A DNA stretch of 64,000 nt from Anaeromyxobacter sp. (GCA_049840735.1 JASGJN010000013.1:608001-672000); one strand, 5' to 3'; counted from the stretch's first letter, positions 9,631 through 20,380 are shown. The notes: a model not told the origin generated them from the letters alone. Program-made: numbers and translations.

Positions 9631-10177
9631 AGAGTTGTCCCACAACTCGCCAATTGGCGAAGCGTGGGCCAGGTCGGTTCGCCATCGGGCCCGCTCGAGC
9701 GTGGTCTGGCCGGAGCCAGCCTCATCGCGGGTTGGGCCCGTGGCCGTGCCGACGATTCGCCGAGCCACCGGTTTGCTTGCCGGTGTGGACGTCCGCCACG
9801 CGAACGAAGGCTCGCGGGCGAAGAGGTCGGTTGACTCGGACCGGGCGTCTTGCCGCCCGGGACAGCGAGGATCAAGAAGGTTTCCGATGGCGGCGCTCCT
9901 CGCCCACGCTCTCCCGACCCACCCGCTGCTCCAGCTCTCCGGCCTGACCGAGGGAGAGGTGGCTTACCTGGCACGCATGCTCCCCATTCCCGCTCGGCGC
10001 CGGGGGCGCCCCTTCGCCTGCCCGCCATTGCAGCGCGCGGCGGTGGCCTGCGCCGCCCTCCGCACCAACCTCACCTTCCGGGAGCTCGCCGCCGTGACCG
10101 GCATCCCCCAAGTCGACCGTTCATCGCATCGTGGCCGCCCACACGCCGATGCTGGCTGGTCTTTTCGGGACAGCTCC
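9631..10177 (+). mobile_element. Internally deleted, non-autonomous IS5-family (ISL2-like) element
   Basis: TIRs AGAGTTGTCCC and GGGACAGCTCC (9/11 match), TA on both flanks; encodes only the transposase N-terminal HTH (RRRGRP...LRTNLTFRELAAVTGI.STVHRIV), no DDE domain. Confidence 0.75.
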
Positions 10178-10187
10178 TAGCAACTCC

Positions 10188-11939
10188 TCAACCCTGCGCC
10201 GGTAGGTCCACCGTGAAGGTGGCGCCGTGCCCGGGCGCGGAGAGCACCCCGATGCGGCCGCCGTGGGCCTCGACCAGGCTGCGGGCGATCCAGAGCCCGA
10301 GCCCCAGCCCGCCGAAGTTGCGCGGGGAGACGGCGCGCTCGAACCGGCCGAAGATGCGCGCCTGATCCTCCGGCGCGATGCCGATGCCGTGGTCCACCAC
10401 GTCGAGCCGGACCCGGTCGTGCTCGGCGCGGACCCGCACCTCCACCGGCGAGCCGCGGCCGTACTTGATGGCGTTGGAGAGCAGGTTGGAGACCACCTGG
10501 TCCATGCGCGCCGGGTCGATCTTGCAGGGGGCCGGCCCGGCCACGTCCAGCGTCAGCGCGCAGCCGGCCTCGGCGGCCTCCTCGGCGACGCGGGTGGCGC
10601 ACTCGCGGCCCAGCTCGGCCAGGTCCACCTGCTCCTTGTGCAGCGTGACCTTGCCGGCGGTGATGCGCGAGACGTCCAGCAGCGCGTCGGAGAGCCGGAT
10701 CAGCCGCTCCGCCTGCCGCTCGGTGATGCGGATCCGCTCCTCGGTGCGGCTGCGATCCTCGCCGCGCAGGTCGCGCCCCAGGAGCTGCACGGTGAGCCGC
10801 AGCGTGCCCAGCGGCCCGCGCAGCTCGTGCGAGGCGACGTGCAGGAAGTCCTCGCGCGCCTGGGCGGCCTGCTGCGCGGCCCGGTAGAGCCGGGCGTGCT
10901 CGATGGCCATGGCGGTCCGGCGGGCGGCGTCGGAGAAGAGGGCCAGGTCGGCCGAGCCGTAGCGGCGGCCGTCGTCGCCGGAGGCCACCGCCAGCGCGCC
11001 GTACCCCTCGCCGCGCGCCCCCAGCCCCACCAGCGCCAGCGAGAGCGGGGCCCGCGGATCCCGCGGCGCGGCCTCGATGATGCCGGCCGGCCCGCCGCCC
11101 ACCGCGCCGGCCAGCCGCGCCCGCGCGTCGCGCTGCAGCATGGAGCGGGCCCGCTCGCCCAGGCCGGGATCGCCCGCCTCGGCGCGGACCACCGGCCCCT
11201 GGTCACCGGGGGTGTAGACCGCGGCCCAGGCGCCCAGCGCCGGCACCGAGAGCCGGACCAGGCTGTCGAGGATCACGGCCTCGTCGAAGGTGTCCACCAG
11301 CACCGTGGACAGGCCGTCGAGGAAGGAGAGCCGCCGCTGCGCGGCCACCGCCTCGGCGCGCGCCACCCGCTCGGCCACGAACAGGCGCGCCCGCTCGTAG
11401 GCCTGGGCGCACTGGCTGGCCAGCGCCTCGGCGAAGGCGCGGTCCTCGGGCAGCACCCGCGTCCCCTCGGCCATGGCCACCAGCAGCACGCCCAGCGGTC
11501 GGCCCTCCACCGCCATGGGCACCGCGGCGATGGCCCCCGGCACCGGGTCGGTGAGCGTGGCCAGGCCGGGGTAGCGCGACCAGAGCTCGGTGCGGTCCTT
11601 CACCGTGACCGAGGCGCCGGTCCGCCAGACCTCGTCCACCGGGTTGTCCGGGCGGCCGCCCGCCAGGGCCCGCAGGGCCGGCTCCGCCCAGCGGACGCAG
11701 CGCAGCACGTCGAGCCCCACCCCGACCGCGTCCGGGACCAGCAGGGCGCCCCCGCTCCCGCCCAGCGCCTCGCAGGCGGCGGCGATGGCCACCTCGGCCA
11801 CCTCGTCCGGCGTGCGCGCGCGTGAGAGGGCCGCCGTCGCGGCCTGCAGGCGCGCGAGCCGGGCCGCGGCGGCCTCTGCTTCTCGCAGGGCTGCCCCGCC
11901 CACCGGGCCGGACTGGACCTCTTCAACTGCCGCCGCCAT
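10188..11939 (-). CDS. GAF-GAF sensor histidine kinase
   Basis: H-box ASHELRGPL, NLLSNAIKY, DHGIGI, FGRFER, GLGLGLWI. Confidence 0.93.
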   Translation of the reverse strand: MAAAVEEVQSGPVGGAALREAEAAAARLARLQAATAALSRARTPDEVAEVAIAAACEALGGSGGALLVPDAVGVGLDVLRCVRWAEPALRALAGGRPDNPVDEVWRTGASVTVKDRTELWSRYPGLATLTDPVPGAIAAVPMAVEGRPLGVLLVAMAEGTRVLPEDRAFAEALASQCAQAYERARLFVAERVARAEAVAAQRRLSFLDGLSTVLVDTFDEAVILDSLVRLSVPALGAWAAVYTPGDQGPVVRAEAGDPGLGERARSMLQRDARARLAGAVGGGPAGIIEAAPRDPRAPLSLALVGLGARGEGYGALAVASGDDGRRYGSADLALFSDAARRTAMAIEHARLYRAAQQAAQAREDFLHVASHELRGPLGTLRLTVQLLGRDLRGEDRSRTEERIRITERQAERLIRLSDALLDVSRITAGKVTLHKEQVDLAELGRECATRVAEEAAEAGCALTLDVAGPAPCKIDPARMDQVVSNLLSNAIKYGRGSPVEVRVRAEHDRVRLDVVDHGIGIAPEDQARIFGRFERAVSPRNFGGLGLGLWIARSLVEAHGGRIGVLSAPGHGATFTVDLPAQG

Positions 11940-12142
11940 CGGCGGACCCCCTGATGCCAGGATCCGAGAGTAGACCGGACCCGGGGTCGCCGCACAAGGC
12001 GCTGGCGCGGGCTGCGACGCCGCGGCCGAATCCCCGTGGAACGTCGGCCCCCTGGCCGGGGGTGCCCTGCGGCGCGGCAGCGCCGGGGCGCACGCCGTCT
12101 CGCCTGGCGAGCGCGCGCCCCGATTGGTAGATTCACGCGTCC

Positions 12143-12907
12143 ATGCGCGTGCTGCTCTCGAATGACGACGGCGTCCAGGCGGCCGGCCTGCGCGCGCTGG
12201 CCGAGGCCCTGGCCGGCGACGAGGTGTGGGTGGTGGCGCCGGACCGCGAGCAGTCGGCGGCCTCCCACGCCATCTCGCTCCACCGGCCGCTGCGCATGGC
12301 CGAGGTCGCGCCGCGCTGGTTCGCGGTGGACGGCACGCCCACCGACGCGGTGTACATGGGGCTCAACCTGGTGCTGAAGGACAACCCGCCGGACGTGGTC
12401 ATCTCCGGCGTGAACCACGGCGCCAACCTGGGCAACGACGTCCACTACTCCGGCACCGTGGCCGCGGCCATGGAGGCGGCGCTGCTGGGCGTGCACGCGG
12501 TGGCGGTGTCGCTGGCCGCCCCGCCCCCGCACACCTTCGGCCCGGCGGCCCGCTTCGCCGCCGCGCTGGCGCGGCAGCTGGTGGAGCGGCGTCCCCCGGC
12601 CACCACGCTGCTCAACGTCAACGTCCCGGCCGGCGAGGTGAAGGGGTACCGCTTCGCGCGCCTGGGGCGGCGCACCTACGGCAACGAGGTGGTCCACAAG
12701 GTGGACCCGCGCGGCCGCAGCTACTACTGGATCGGCGGCGAGGGGGGCGCGCGCAGCGAGGACATCCCCGGCTCGGACTGCAACGCGGTGCTGCGCGACG
12801 GGCTGGCGGCGGTCACGCCGCTCCACCTCGACTCCACCCACGACGCCGTGCTGCAGACGCTCCGCAGCTGGACCGTGCCCGGCTACGACAAGGAGCCCGC
12901 GCCGTGA
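12143..12907 (+). CDS. surE: 5'/3'-nucleotidase SurE
   Basis: [32 protein letters not shown]. Confidence 0.97.
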   Translation: MRVLLSNDDGVQAAGLRALAEALAGDEVWVVAPDREQSAASHAISLHRPLRMAEVAPRWFAVDGTPTDAVYMGLNLVLKDNPPDVVISGVNHGANLGNDVHYSGTVAAAMEAALLGVHAVAVSLAAPPPHTFGPAARFAAALARQLVERRPPATTLLNVNVPAGEVKGYRFARLGRRTYGNEVVHKVDPRGRSYYWIGGEGGARSEDIPGSDCNAVLRDGLAAVTPLHLDSTHDAVLQTLRSWTVPGYDKEPAP

Positions 12908-13767
12908 GGCTCCGCGCGGCGCTCGCCGCCGCGGCCCTGGTCTTCACCGCCTGCCCCGCCCCGCCGCGGTCGCCCGTGCGCGCGCCACCCATCGAGCTCG
13001 CGCCGGTGGCGCCCCGGGCCCAGGGCGGCGCGCCGGCCGCGCCCGCCTCGCACGAGGAGCCGGCCATCGCCGGCGTGATGCACCCGGTGCGCAGGGGCGA
13101 GACGCTCTACCGGATCGCCAAGGCGTATGGCATCGACCTGGCCGACCTGATGGAGACCAACGGCATCACCGACCCGCGCCAGGTGGCGGTGGGGACGGAG
13201 CTGTTCGTGCCCGGGGCGACCGCGCTGGTGGAGGTGCCGCCCTCCCCCGGGACCGAGCCGGCGCCGGCGGTGGCCACCGCCCCGCCCCGCGAGCCCGCCC
13301 GCGCGCACCCGGCCCCGGCCGCCGCCGCCGACCCGCCGCCGGAGAAGGTCACCGCGCGCCCGCCGCCGATGGACGAGACCGACGCGGGCAAGAGGCGCCT
13401 GGCCTGGCCGCTCAAGGGCGTGCTCTACGGCCGGTTCGGCGTGCGCGGCGGGGCCCGCCACGACGGCATCGACATCGCCGCGCCGGAGGGTACGCCGGTC
13501 AAGGCCGCCGAGGACGGCGAGGTCATCTACGTGGGCGAGCAGACCGGGTACGGCGTGGTGGTCATCCTGCGCCACTCCGGCGGGCTGGTGACGGTGTACG
13601 CCCACAACTCCGCCGTGCTGGTGAAGGAGGGCGCGCGCGTGGGGCGCGGCGCGCCCATCGCCAAGGTGGGCCAGACCGGCCGCACCACCGGGCCCCACCT
13701 GCACTTCGAGGTGCGCGAGGGGACCCGGCCGAAGAACCCGCTGCTCTATCTTTCACACGGGGACTGA
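12904..13767 (+). CDS. nlpD: LysM + M23 peptidase lipoprotein (NlpD-like)
   Basis: GTG overlaps surE stop; lipobox-like FTAC; Lys[21 protein letters not shown] and GPHLHFE. Confidence 0.88.
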   Translation: MRLRAALAAAALVFTACPAPPRSPVRAPPIELAPVAPRAQGGAPAAPASHEEPAIAGVMHPVRRGETLYRIAKAYGIDLADLMETNGITDPRQVAVGTELFVPGATALVEVPPSPGTEPAPAVATAPPREPARAHPAPAAAADPPPEKVTARPPPMDETDAGKRRLAWPLKGVLYGRFGVRGGARHDGIDIAAPEGTPVKAAEDGEVIYVGEQTGYGVVVILRHSGGLVTVYAHNSAVLVKEGARVGRGAPIAKVGQTGRTTGPHLHFEVREGTRPKNPLLYLSHGD

Positions 13768-13880
13768 CGTCCCCGCCCCACCCCTGCTGCGCTGGGTCCC
13801 GCCGCGCTGCGGCCCCGCCGGCGCCTCGGCCGGCGTGCGCGCCGCTGCGCCCCGCCGCGGCCGTGCTAATCTCCGCCGCC

Positions 13881-14399
13881 ATGCTCGACGCCGTCCGCGC
13901 CAAGATCCGCGACATCCCCGACTTCCCGCAGAAGGGGATCGTCTTCAAGGACATCACCCCGGTCCTCTCCGACGCCCAGACCTTCCGGCAGGTGATCGAC
14001 GCCCTGGTGGACCGCTGGAAGGACGAGCGGATCTCCAAGGTGGTGGGGATCGAGTCCCGCGGCTTCATCTTCGGCGCGCCGCTCGCCTACGCGCTGGGCG
14101 CCGGCTTCACCATCGTCCGCAAGCCGGGCAAGCTGCCCTGGAACACCATCCGCGAGGTCTACGCGCTGGAGTACGGCGAGAACGCGCTCGAGCTGCACGT
14201 GGACGCGGTCAAGCCCGGCGAGCGGGTCCTGGTGGTGGACGACGTGCTGGCCACCGGCGGCACTGCCGAGGCGGTGGGCCGGCTCATCGCGCGGCAGGGG
14301 GCGGAGCTGGTCTCCTACTCGTTCCTGGTCGAGCTCACCTTCCTCCACGGCGCCCGGAAGCTGGGCGAGGGAAAGGTCCACACGCTGCTGAGCTATTGA
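13881..14399 (+). CDS. apt: Adenine phosphoribosyltransferase
   Basis: [39 protein letters not shown]. Confidence 0.97.
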   Translation: MLDAVRAKIRDIPDFPQKGIVFKDITPVLSDAQTFRQVIDALVDRWKDERISKVVGIESRGFIFGAPLAYALGAGFTIVRKPGKLPWNTIREVYALEYGENALELHVDAVKPGERVLVVDDVLATGGTAEAVGRLIARQGAELVSYSFLVELTFLHGARKLGEGKVHTLLSY

Positions 14400-14475
14400 A
14401 CGGGGCCCGCGGCACGCTGCCCCGGGGCTCCACGCCGTGCAGCCCGGCGGCCGCCGCGCCGTTATCCTTCCCGCC

Positions 14476-15354
14476 GTGTCCTTCTCCGGCACCCTCAAGT
14501 TCCTCGGCACCGCCGGGGCCCGCTTCACGGTGGCGACGCAGGCGCGCCACTCCGGCGGCCTGGTCTGGACGCTGGGTGGCGTGCGGGCCTGGGTGGATCC
14601 CGGCCCGGGGGCGCTGGTGCGGGCGCTCGCCTCCCGCCCCAAGGTCGACCCGGCCGGCATGGACGCGGTGGTGATCACCCACCCGCACCTCGATCACTGC
14701 GGCGACGCCACCGCGGTGGTGGAGGCCATGACCCGGGGCGGCTTCTCCCGGCGCGGCGCCCTGCTGGCGCCCCGCGCCGCGCTGGAGGAGGAGCCGGTGG
14801 TCTTCCGCTACGCGCAGCGGTTCCCGGAGCGGACCGAGGTGCTGGTGGAGGGCGGGCGCTACGCGCTGGGGCCGGGCGCGGAGCTCGAGACGCCGCTGGC
14901 GCATGACCACGGCGTGGAGACCTACGGCTACCGGCTGCGCTGCGATGGCTTCACCGCCGGTCACGTGATCGACACCTTCTGGATGGACCGGCTCCCGGAG
15001 GCCTACGCCGGCGTGGACCTGCTGCTGGTCAACGCCACCCGGCTCCGCGGGCGGGACCGGCGCTACCTGCACCTGGGGCTGGACGACGCCGAGCTGCTGG
15101 TGGGGGCGGTGCGCCCGCGCCTGGCGGTGCTCACGCACCTGGGCATGCAGCTGCCCCCGGCCAAGGCGGACGCGGCCGCGCTGGCCATCTCCGGGCGGAC
15201 CGGCGTGCCGGTGGTGGCCGCCCGTGACGGCTGGACCCTGGACCTCTCCGATCTCCCCGCGGCCGCCCGCGCCGGGGCCGCCCGGGCCCGCGGCGCCGCG
15301 GCCCGCGCCGTCCGGCCGGAGCCGCCCGACGGCGAGCCGGCCAATCCGCCGTGA
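14476..15354 (+). CDS. Metallo-beta-lactamase fold hydrolase
   Basis: FLGTAGARF, VDPGPG, THPHLDH, HDHG, LTHLG. Confidence 0.88.
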   Translation: MSFSGTLKFLGTAGARFTVATQARHSGGLVWTLGGVRAWVDPGPGALVRALASRPKVDPAGMDAVVITHPHLDHCGDATAVVEAMTRGGFSRRGALLAPRAALEEEPVVFRYAQRFPERTEVLVEGGRYALGPGAELETPLAHDHGVETYGYRLRCDGFTAGHVIDTFWMDRLPEAYAGVDLLLVNATRLRGRDRRYLHLGLDDAELLVGAVRPRLAVLTHLGMQLPPAKADAAALAISGRTGVPVVAARDGWTLDLSDLPAAARAGAARARGAAARAVRPEPPDGEPANPP

Positions 15355-15436
15355 CCACCCTCCGGCGCTCCGGCGCGGTAGGCTGGCCCGGACCGATCGC
15401 GGCCGAGCCCGCGGCCGCCCACAGGAAGCAGGCACG

Positions 15437-16141
15437 ATGACAGGTCCCACCCACTACCAGGCCGTCCCGGTGATCGGCGCCCATGACGAGACCGCCGCGC
15501 TGCGCGCGCTGCGGCTGGCGCTCCCCGCCGCGCTGGCCTCGGCGCACCGCCGCCCGGGGCAGGTGGTCAAGGTGCGGACGCCGGCCGGCGAGGGGTTCTT
15601 CGCCCTGGCCTCCAGCCCGTCGCCGGGCGGCGAGGTGGACCTGCTGGTGAAGCGCGGCCACCGCGTGGCCGACGCCGTGGCCGCGGCCGCCGCGGGCAGC
15701 GCACTCGAGGTGAGCGAGCCCTTCGGCAACGGCTTCCCGGTGGCCGAGGCCGAGGGCAAGGACCTGCTCCTCTTCGCGGCCGGCTCCGCCATCGCGCCCA
15801 TCCGCGCGCTCGTCCAGCACGTGGTGGGGCACCGCGAGCGGTTCCGGCGCGCCACGCTCTTCTACGGCCAGCGCCACGGCGCGGACTTCGCATACCGCGC
15901 CGAGCACGTCACCTGGGAGCGGGGCGGCGTGCGGGTGGTGCTCTGCCCGTCCCGGGCCGACGACGCCTGGGAGGGGGTGCGGGGGCGCGTGCAGGAGGTC
16001 GCCCGCGCGCTCGCCTTCGGCGGGACGCCGCCGGAGGAGACGGTGGCCTTCGTGAGCGGGATGAAGGCCATGGTGGAGGACGTCCGCCAGACGCTGGGCG
16101 AGGCGGGGATACCGCCGGAGCGGGTGCACGCCAACTTCTGA
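15437..16141 (+). CDS. FNR-like FAD/NAD(P)-binding oxidoreductase
   Basis: PGQVV, FALASSP, PFGNGFP, FAAGSAIAPIRA, terminal NF. Confidence 0.85.
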   Translation: MTGPTHYQAVPVIGAHDETAALRALRLALPAALASAHRRPGQVVKVRTPAGEGFFALASSPSPGGEVDLLVKRGHRVADAVAAAAAGSALEVSEPFGNGFPVAEAEGKDLLLFAAGSAIAPIRALVQHVVGHRERFRRATLFYGQRHGADFAYRAEHVTWERGGVRVVLCPSRADDAWEGVRGRVQEVARALAFGGTPPEETVAFVSGMKAMVEDVRQTLGEAGIPPERVHANF

Positions 16142-16184
16142 GGGTGAGATCGAGGTCCACGCCCAGCGCCTGCTGGTCGTCCTG

Positions 16185-17267
16185 GTGGTGGCGGCCGTGG
16201 CCCTGGCCGCCTGGCTGGCGTCGCCGTTCTGGGTGGCGCTCTTCTTCGCCGCCGTGTTCGCGGCCACGCTGCGCACACCCATGGAGCAGCTCTCCCGCCT
16301 GCTGCGCGGGCGCCGCTCGCTGGCGGCGGCCCTGCTCACGCTGGGCGTGCTGCTGGCGGTGCTCCTGCCGGTGGGCGGGCTGGGGGCGGCGCTGGTGCGC
16401 GAGGTCCTCCACGGCGTGGCGTGGCTGCGCGAGACGCTGGAGGGCGAGGGGGTGGGCGGGCTCTTGCGGCGGCTCCCCGACCCGGTGGAGCGGCTGGCCC
16501 GGCAGCTGGTGGAGGCGGTCCCCGACCCGCAGGCCCAGGTGAAGCAGCTGGCCTCCCAGGGCGGCCAGGCCGCGGCGGCGGTGGGCGGGTTCCTGGCCGC
16601 CACCGGCAGCGCCGTCTTCCAGGCGGTGCTGTTCCTGATCGCGCTCTTCTTCCTGCTGACCGACGGGCGCCGCCTGGTGGGCTGGATCGACGCCCGGGTG
16701 CCGCTCCGCCCCGGCCAGTTCCGCGCCTTCGTGGAGGAGTTCCGCCGGACCAGCGTCTCGGTGCTGGTCTCCACCGTGGCCACGGCCGGCATCCAGACGC
16801 TGACCGCGCTGGTGGGGTACCTGATCGCCCGCGCGCCCAACCCGCTCTTCCTCTCGCTCGCCACCTTCGTGGTGGCGCTGGTGCCGGCGCTGGGGGCCAC
16901 GGTGGTGGTGGTGCTGGTGGGGCTGCTCCAGCTGGCCACGGGCCACCTGCTGGGCGGGCTCTTCCTGCTGGGCTGGGGGCTGGTGGTGGTGTCGCTGGTG
17001 GACAACGTGGCCCGGCCGTTCCTGCTCAAGGGCGGGATGTCCCTGCACGGCGGGGTGGTCTTCTTCGCGCTGCTGGGCGGGCTGGCGCTGTTCGGCGGTG
17101 TCGGGCTCCTGATCGGGCCGCTGGTGCTCACCTTCCTCGTCACCGCGCTCGACCTCTACCGGCGCGAGCTGGGCCTCCGGGCGGCGGCCGGCGCGGAGGC
17201 CGAGCAGGGCCGGCCGCCCCTCCCCGGCCCGGACGGCGGCGGCGAGGCCCACCCGCCCGTCCAGTGA
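16185..17267 (+). CDS. AI-2E family transporter
   Basis: FFLLTDG, LVDNVARP, GGLALFGGVGLLIGP; true start possibly near 16144. Confidence 0.9.
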   Translation: MVAAVALAAWLASPFWVALFFAAVFAATLRTPMEQLSRLLRGRRSLAAALLTLGVLLAVLLPVGGLGAALVREVLHGVAWLRETLEGEGVGGLLRRLPDPVERLARQLVEAVPDPQAQVKQLASQGGQAAAAVGGFLAATGSAVFQAVLFLIALFFLLTDGRRLVGWIDARVPLRPGQFRAFVEEFRRTSVSVLVSTVATAGIQTLTALVGYLIARAPNPLFLSLATFVVALVPALGATVVVVLVGLLQLATGHLLGGLFLLGWGLVVVSLVDNVARPFLLKGGMSLHGGVVFFALLGGLALFGGVGLLIGPLVLTFLVTALDLYRRELGLRAAAGAEAEQGRPPLPGPDGGGEAHPPVQ

Positions 17268-17309
17268 CCGCCGGCCCCGTGGTAGAACGGCCGCCGAGGG
17301 AGGCCCGCC

Positions 17310-17555
17310 ATGAAGGCCGCGTTCGTGCTGGTGAAGTGCGACCTGGGGAAGCTGGAGACGGTGGCCAACGCGCTGATGGAGGTGGAGGGGGTCTCGGAGG
17401 TCCACTCCATCACCGGCGCCTGGGACCTGCTGGTGAAGCTCTACGCGCCGGACTACGACGCGTTCGGCGACCTGATCCCGGACCTCCTGCAGAAGATCCC
17501 CGGCGTGCGTGACACGGAGACGCTGCTGGCGTTCAGGGCGTTCAAGCCGGTCTAG
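17310..17555 (+). CDS. Stand-alone Lrp/AsnC ligand-binding (RAM) domain protein
   Basis: AFVLVKC, EVHSITGAWDLLVKL, IPGVRDTET; GGAGG RBS. Confidence 0.9.
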   Translation: MKAAFVLVKCDLGKLETVANALMEVEGVSEVHSITGAWDLLVKLYAPDYDAFGDLIPDLLQKIPGVRDTETLLAFRAFKPV

Positions 17556-18481
17556 CCGGTCGGGCCGGCGGACGGCGGATGCCAGTCCGCCGTCACCTCC
17601 AGCCACATCGCCAGCCCGGCCCAGTCTCCGTAGGGCTTGAACCAGCGGCGCAGCGTGGTGTCCGCCGGCACGCGCCGCTTGCCGCGCAGCTCCGCCAGCC
17701 GGGCGCGGGTCCAGGAGTCGAGCGCCAGGTGGCCGTGGCGCCCCAGGAGCCGCAGCAGGTGCTCGACCGCGTACGGGCCGAAGCCCATCAGCCCGGAGAG
17801 CCGACCGGCCACCTCGTCGGTGCCCAGCGGCGACCCGCGCAGCGACTCCAGGTCGAGCCGCCCCGCCGCCACGTCCGCCGCCAGCGCCCGCAGGAACGGG
17901 GCGCGGTAGCCGGCGCGGATCTCCTCCCGGTAGAACCGCTCCCCCTGCGCCGCCATGGCGGACGGGGTCGGGAAGGTCCGGCCGCCCAGCGGCGCGGGCT
18001 CGCCCAGCCGCTCGCAGAGGCGGCCCACCATGGCGCGCGTGAGCGCCCAGGAGCAGTTGGTGGTGCAGAGCGTCTTGACCGCGTCCTCGAAGACGGTGGG
18101 CGAGCGGAGCAGCCGGCCGGCCCCGCGGGCCAGCGCCCAGCGCAGGTCGGGGAGGTCCCGGCCCTGCCCCGCCGCGCGGCGCGCCTCCAGCGCCGCGGCC
18201 AGCCCCCGGAACGGCTCCAGGTCCTCGTCCAGCGCGAGGCAGGTGGCGAGCGCGGCGCGGGCCTCGCGCGCCTCCGCCGCGCCGAGCCGCCCCTGCGCAG
18301 CGGCGCGGAAGCCCAGCCCGCCGGGCGCGGGGGCGACCTCGGCGCTCACCACCCGGCCGCTCGAGAGGCGCAGCGGCCGCGCCAGCAGCGCCCGCGCCTC
18401 GTCCCAGGACCAGGGCGCGAGGTCGTACCAGCCGTGGCTGCGGACCGTCAGGGCGAGGTCGAACGGCTGCGGGATCTGCAC
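17552..18481 (-). CDS. HhH-GPD DNA glycosylase (3-methyladenine/8-oxoG glycosylase-like)
   Basis: SHGWYDLAP, LLRSPTVFEDAVKTLCTTNCSW, AGYRA, GFGPYA; AGGAG RBS before GTG 18481. Confidence 0.85.
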   Translation of the reverse strand: MQIPQPFDLALTVRSHGWYDLAPWSWDEARALLARPLRLSSGRVVSAEVAPAPGGLGFRAAAQGRLGAAEAREARAALATCLALDEDLEPFRGLAAALEARRAAGQGRDLPDLRWALARGAGRLLRSPTVFEDAVKTLCTTNCSWALTRAMVGRLCERLGEPAPLGGRTFPTPSAMAAQGERFYREEIRAGYRAPFLRALAADVAAGRLDLESLRGSPLGTDEVAGRLSGLMGFGPYAVEHLLRLLGRHGHLALDSWTRARLAELRGKRRVPADTTLRRWFKPYGDWAGLAMWLEVTADWHPPSAGPTG

Positions 18482-18494
18482 GCCGGGTGGCTCC

Positions 18495-18970
18495 TCACAG
18501 CTGCCTCTTCTCGAGCAGCTTGCTGGTCTCGCCGCCCTGCCTGGTGCCGTCGGCGCGCTCGAGCATGTAGTCGAAGACGTCCGCCTCGACCACCTCGACG
18601 ACGTCACCCGCGTGGAGCGCCGGCACCTCGAAGGGATTGTTCACCAGGGCAGCTCGTCGTCGTACTGCACGTGGACCAGCGAGTCGCGCGAGCCGAAGAC
18701 CTGCGCCAGGATCACCGACATCCGGCGGAGCAGCTCGGCGTCGCCCTCCTCGCCGTCGAGGTGCTCGTAGAGCACCAGGCGGTCGCCGTCCGGCGGCTTC
18801 CCGTGCGGGATTGGCTGCACCGCGTAGCGCGGCAGCGCCTTCCGGTCCGGCGCCTTCCACTGGCCCGCGCCCGCCGGGGCCTTCGCGTCCGCGCCCGCGC
18901 CTGGGCTCCCCTTCCCTGCCCCACCGCCCGCCAGCGACAGCGCGACCAGCACCGCCATGACGCCGTTCAT
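18495..18970 (-). pseudogene. DUF2314 (YegJ-like) secreted protein with frame break and probable internal deletion
   Basis: N-part ends VFGSRDSLVHVQYDDEL; C-part in another frame LVNNPFEVPALHAGDVVEV...VFDYMLERADGTRQGGETS; central WMWVEV-type segment absent. Confidence 0.55.
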
Positions 18971-19082
18971 GCGACCTCCCCCGTTCCGGCCATCTTCGCA
19001 TGCTCGCCTGCCTCCCGGGCGGAAGCGCGCACCACCGCCCCCAGGCCTGCAAGCGGCGCCGCCCTTTGCTACGCTGCGGGGG

Positions 19083-20306
19083 ATGCTCGTCCCGCTCCTG
19101 GCCCTGGCGCTGGTCGCTGCGCCCGCCGCCGGGTCCGCCGCAGCCCCCGCCCACACCGACCCAGCCGCCCCCACCGCGGCGGCCGCCCAGGCCGAGGCGC
19201 GCATGGGGCCCGAGGCGGTCGAGGCTGGACAGGGCGGGACCGCCGACGCGCAGCCGGCCCTCGGCGTGGGCACGGGGACGCCGCAGACGCTGGCGCCGGG
19301 GCTGGCCGCGCCCAGGCAGCACCGCTGGTTCCTGCTCCCCATCCCCTTCTACACGCCGGAGACGCGGTTCGGCCTGGCCGTCACCAGCGGCCTGCACTTC
19401 GGCCCGGACCAGGCGCCCCGCCCCTCGAGCGCCTTCGCCTCGGTCGCCTACACGCTGGGCGGCCAGGGCATGCTCGACCTGGCCACGGAGGGCAACCTGG
19501 TGGGCGGCGCCGTGCTCGCCGCGCGCGCCCGCGCCGTCAGCTTCCCGGACCACTACTACGGCCTGGGCCCGGACACGCCCAGCTCGGCCGAGGAGCCCTT
19601 CACGCGCCGCTCGGTGGAGCTGGTGGCCACCTTCGAGTGGCCGGTGCCCGGCGTGCCGGGCCTGCGGGTCGGCCCGCGCGTGGACCTGCGCGGCGAGGCC
19701 ATCCGCGAGCGCGAGGCCGGCGGCGCGCTGGACGCCGGCACCGTGACCGGCTGGGACGGCTACACCGCCGTCTCGCTCGGCGGCAGCATCACCTACGACA
19801 CGCGCGACGGCTCCTTCTGGCCCACCCGCGGCTCGCTGCTCCAGTCCTGGTACGTGTACGCGCCGGCCGAGCTGGGGCGGCACGAGCCGTTCGGGCGCGG
19901 CGTGGTGGAGGCCCGGCACTTCCTCCCCCTCGGGCACGGGCGCGTGCTCGGCTTCGACGCCTACGCCGAGGGCGTGCACGGCGATCCGCCCTTCACGCTG
20001 CTGCCCAAGCTCGGCTCCACCCGCTTCATGCGCGGGATCCGCGAGGGGCGCTACCGCGATCGGCTCGACTGGGCCGCCCAGACCGAGCTCCGCCTCCCGG
20101 TGAAGGGCCGCTTCTCGGCGACGACGTTCGCGGCGGTGGGGGACGTGGCGCACGGCCTGGACGCGCTCACGCTCGACTCGCTGAAGTGGGGCGCCGGGGC
20201 CGGGCTGCGGTACAGGCTCACCGACGAGGGCGCGAACATCCGGCTCGACGTGGCCGCCAGCGCGCAGGGGGTGGAGTTCTATGCGCTGGTGCTGGAAGCG
20301 TTCTGA
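19083..20306 (+). CDS. Omp85 (BamA/TamA-family) outer-membrane beta-barrel without POTRA domains
   Basis: Signal peptide, PIPFYTPET, YDTRD, MRGIREGRYRD, GAGAGLRY, terminal EAF. Confidence 0.88.
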   Translation: MLVPLLALALVAAPAAGSAAAPAHTDPAAPTAAAAQAEARMGPEAVEAGQGGTADAQPALGVGTGTPQTLAPGLAAPRQHRWFLLPIPFYTPETRFGLAVTSGLHFGPDQAPRPSSAFASVAYTLGGQGMLDLATEGNLVGGAVLAARARAVSFPDHYYGLGPDTPSSAEEPFTRRSVELVATFEWPVPGVPGLRVGPRVDLRGEAIREREAGGALDAGTVTGWDGYTAVSLGGSITYDTRDGSFWPTRGSLLQSWYVYAPAELGRHEPFGRGVVEARHFLPLGHGRVLGFDAYAEGVHGDPPFTLLPKLGSTRFMRGIREGRYRDRLDWAAQTELRLPVKGRFSATTFAAVGDVAHGLDALTLDSLKWGAGAGLRYRLTDEGANIRLDVAASAQGVEFYALVLEAF

Positions 20307-20380
20307 GAGTTGAGCGATCGGGCCGACGTCGGCCCCGCTCGCCCGTGGACAGGGAAAGCGGGGCCGCAGGCGGTGGCCGG

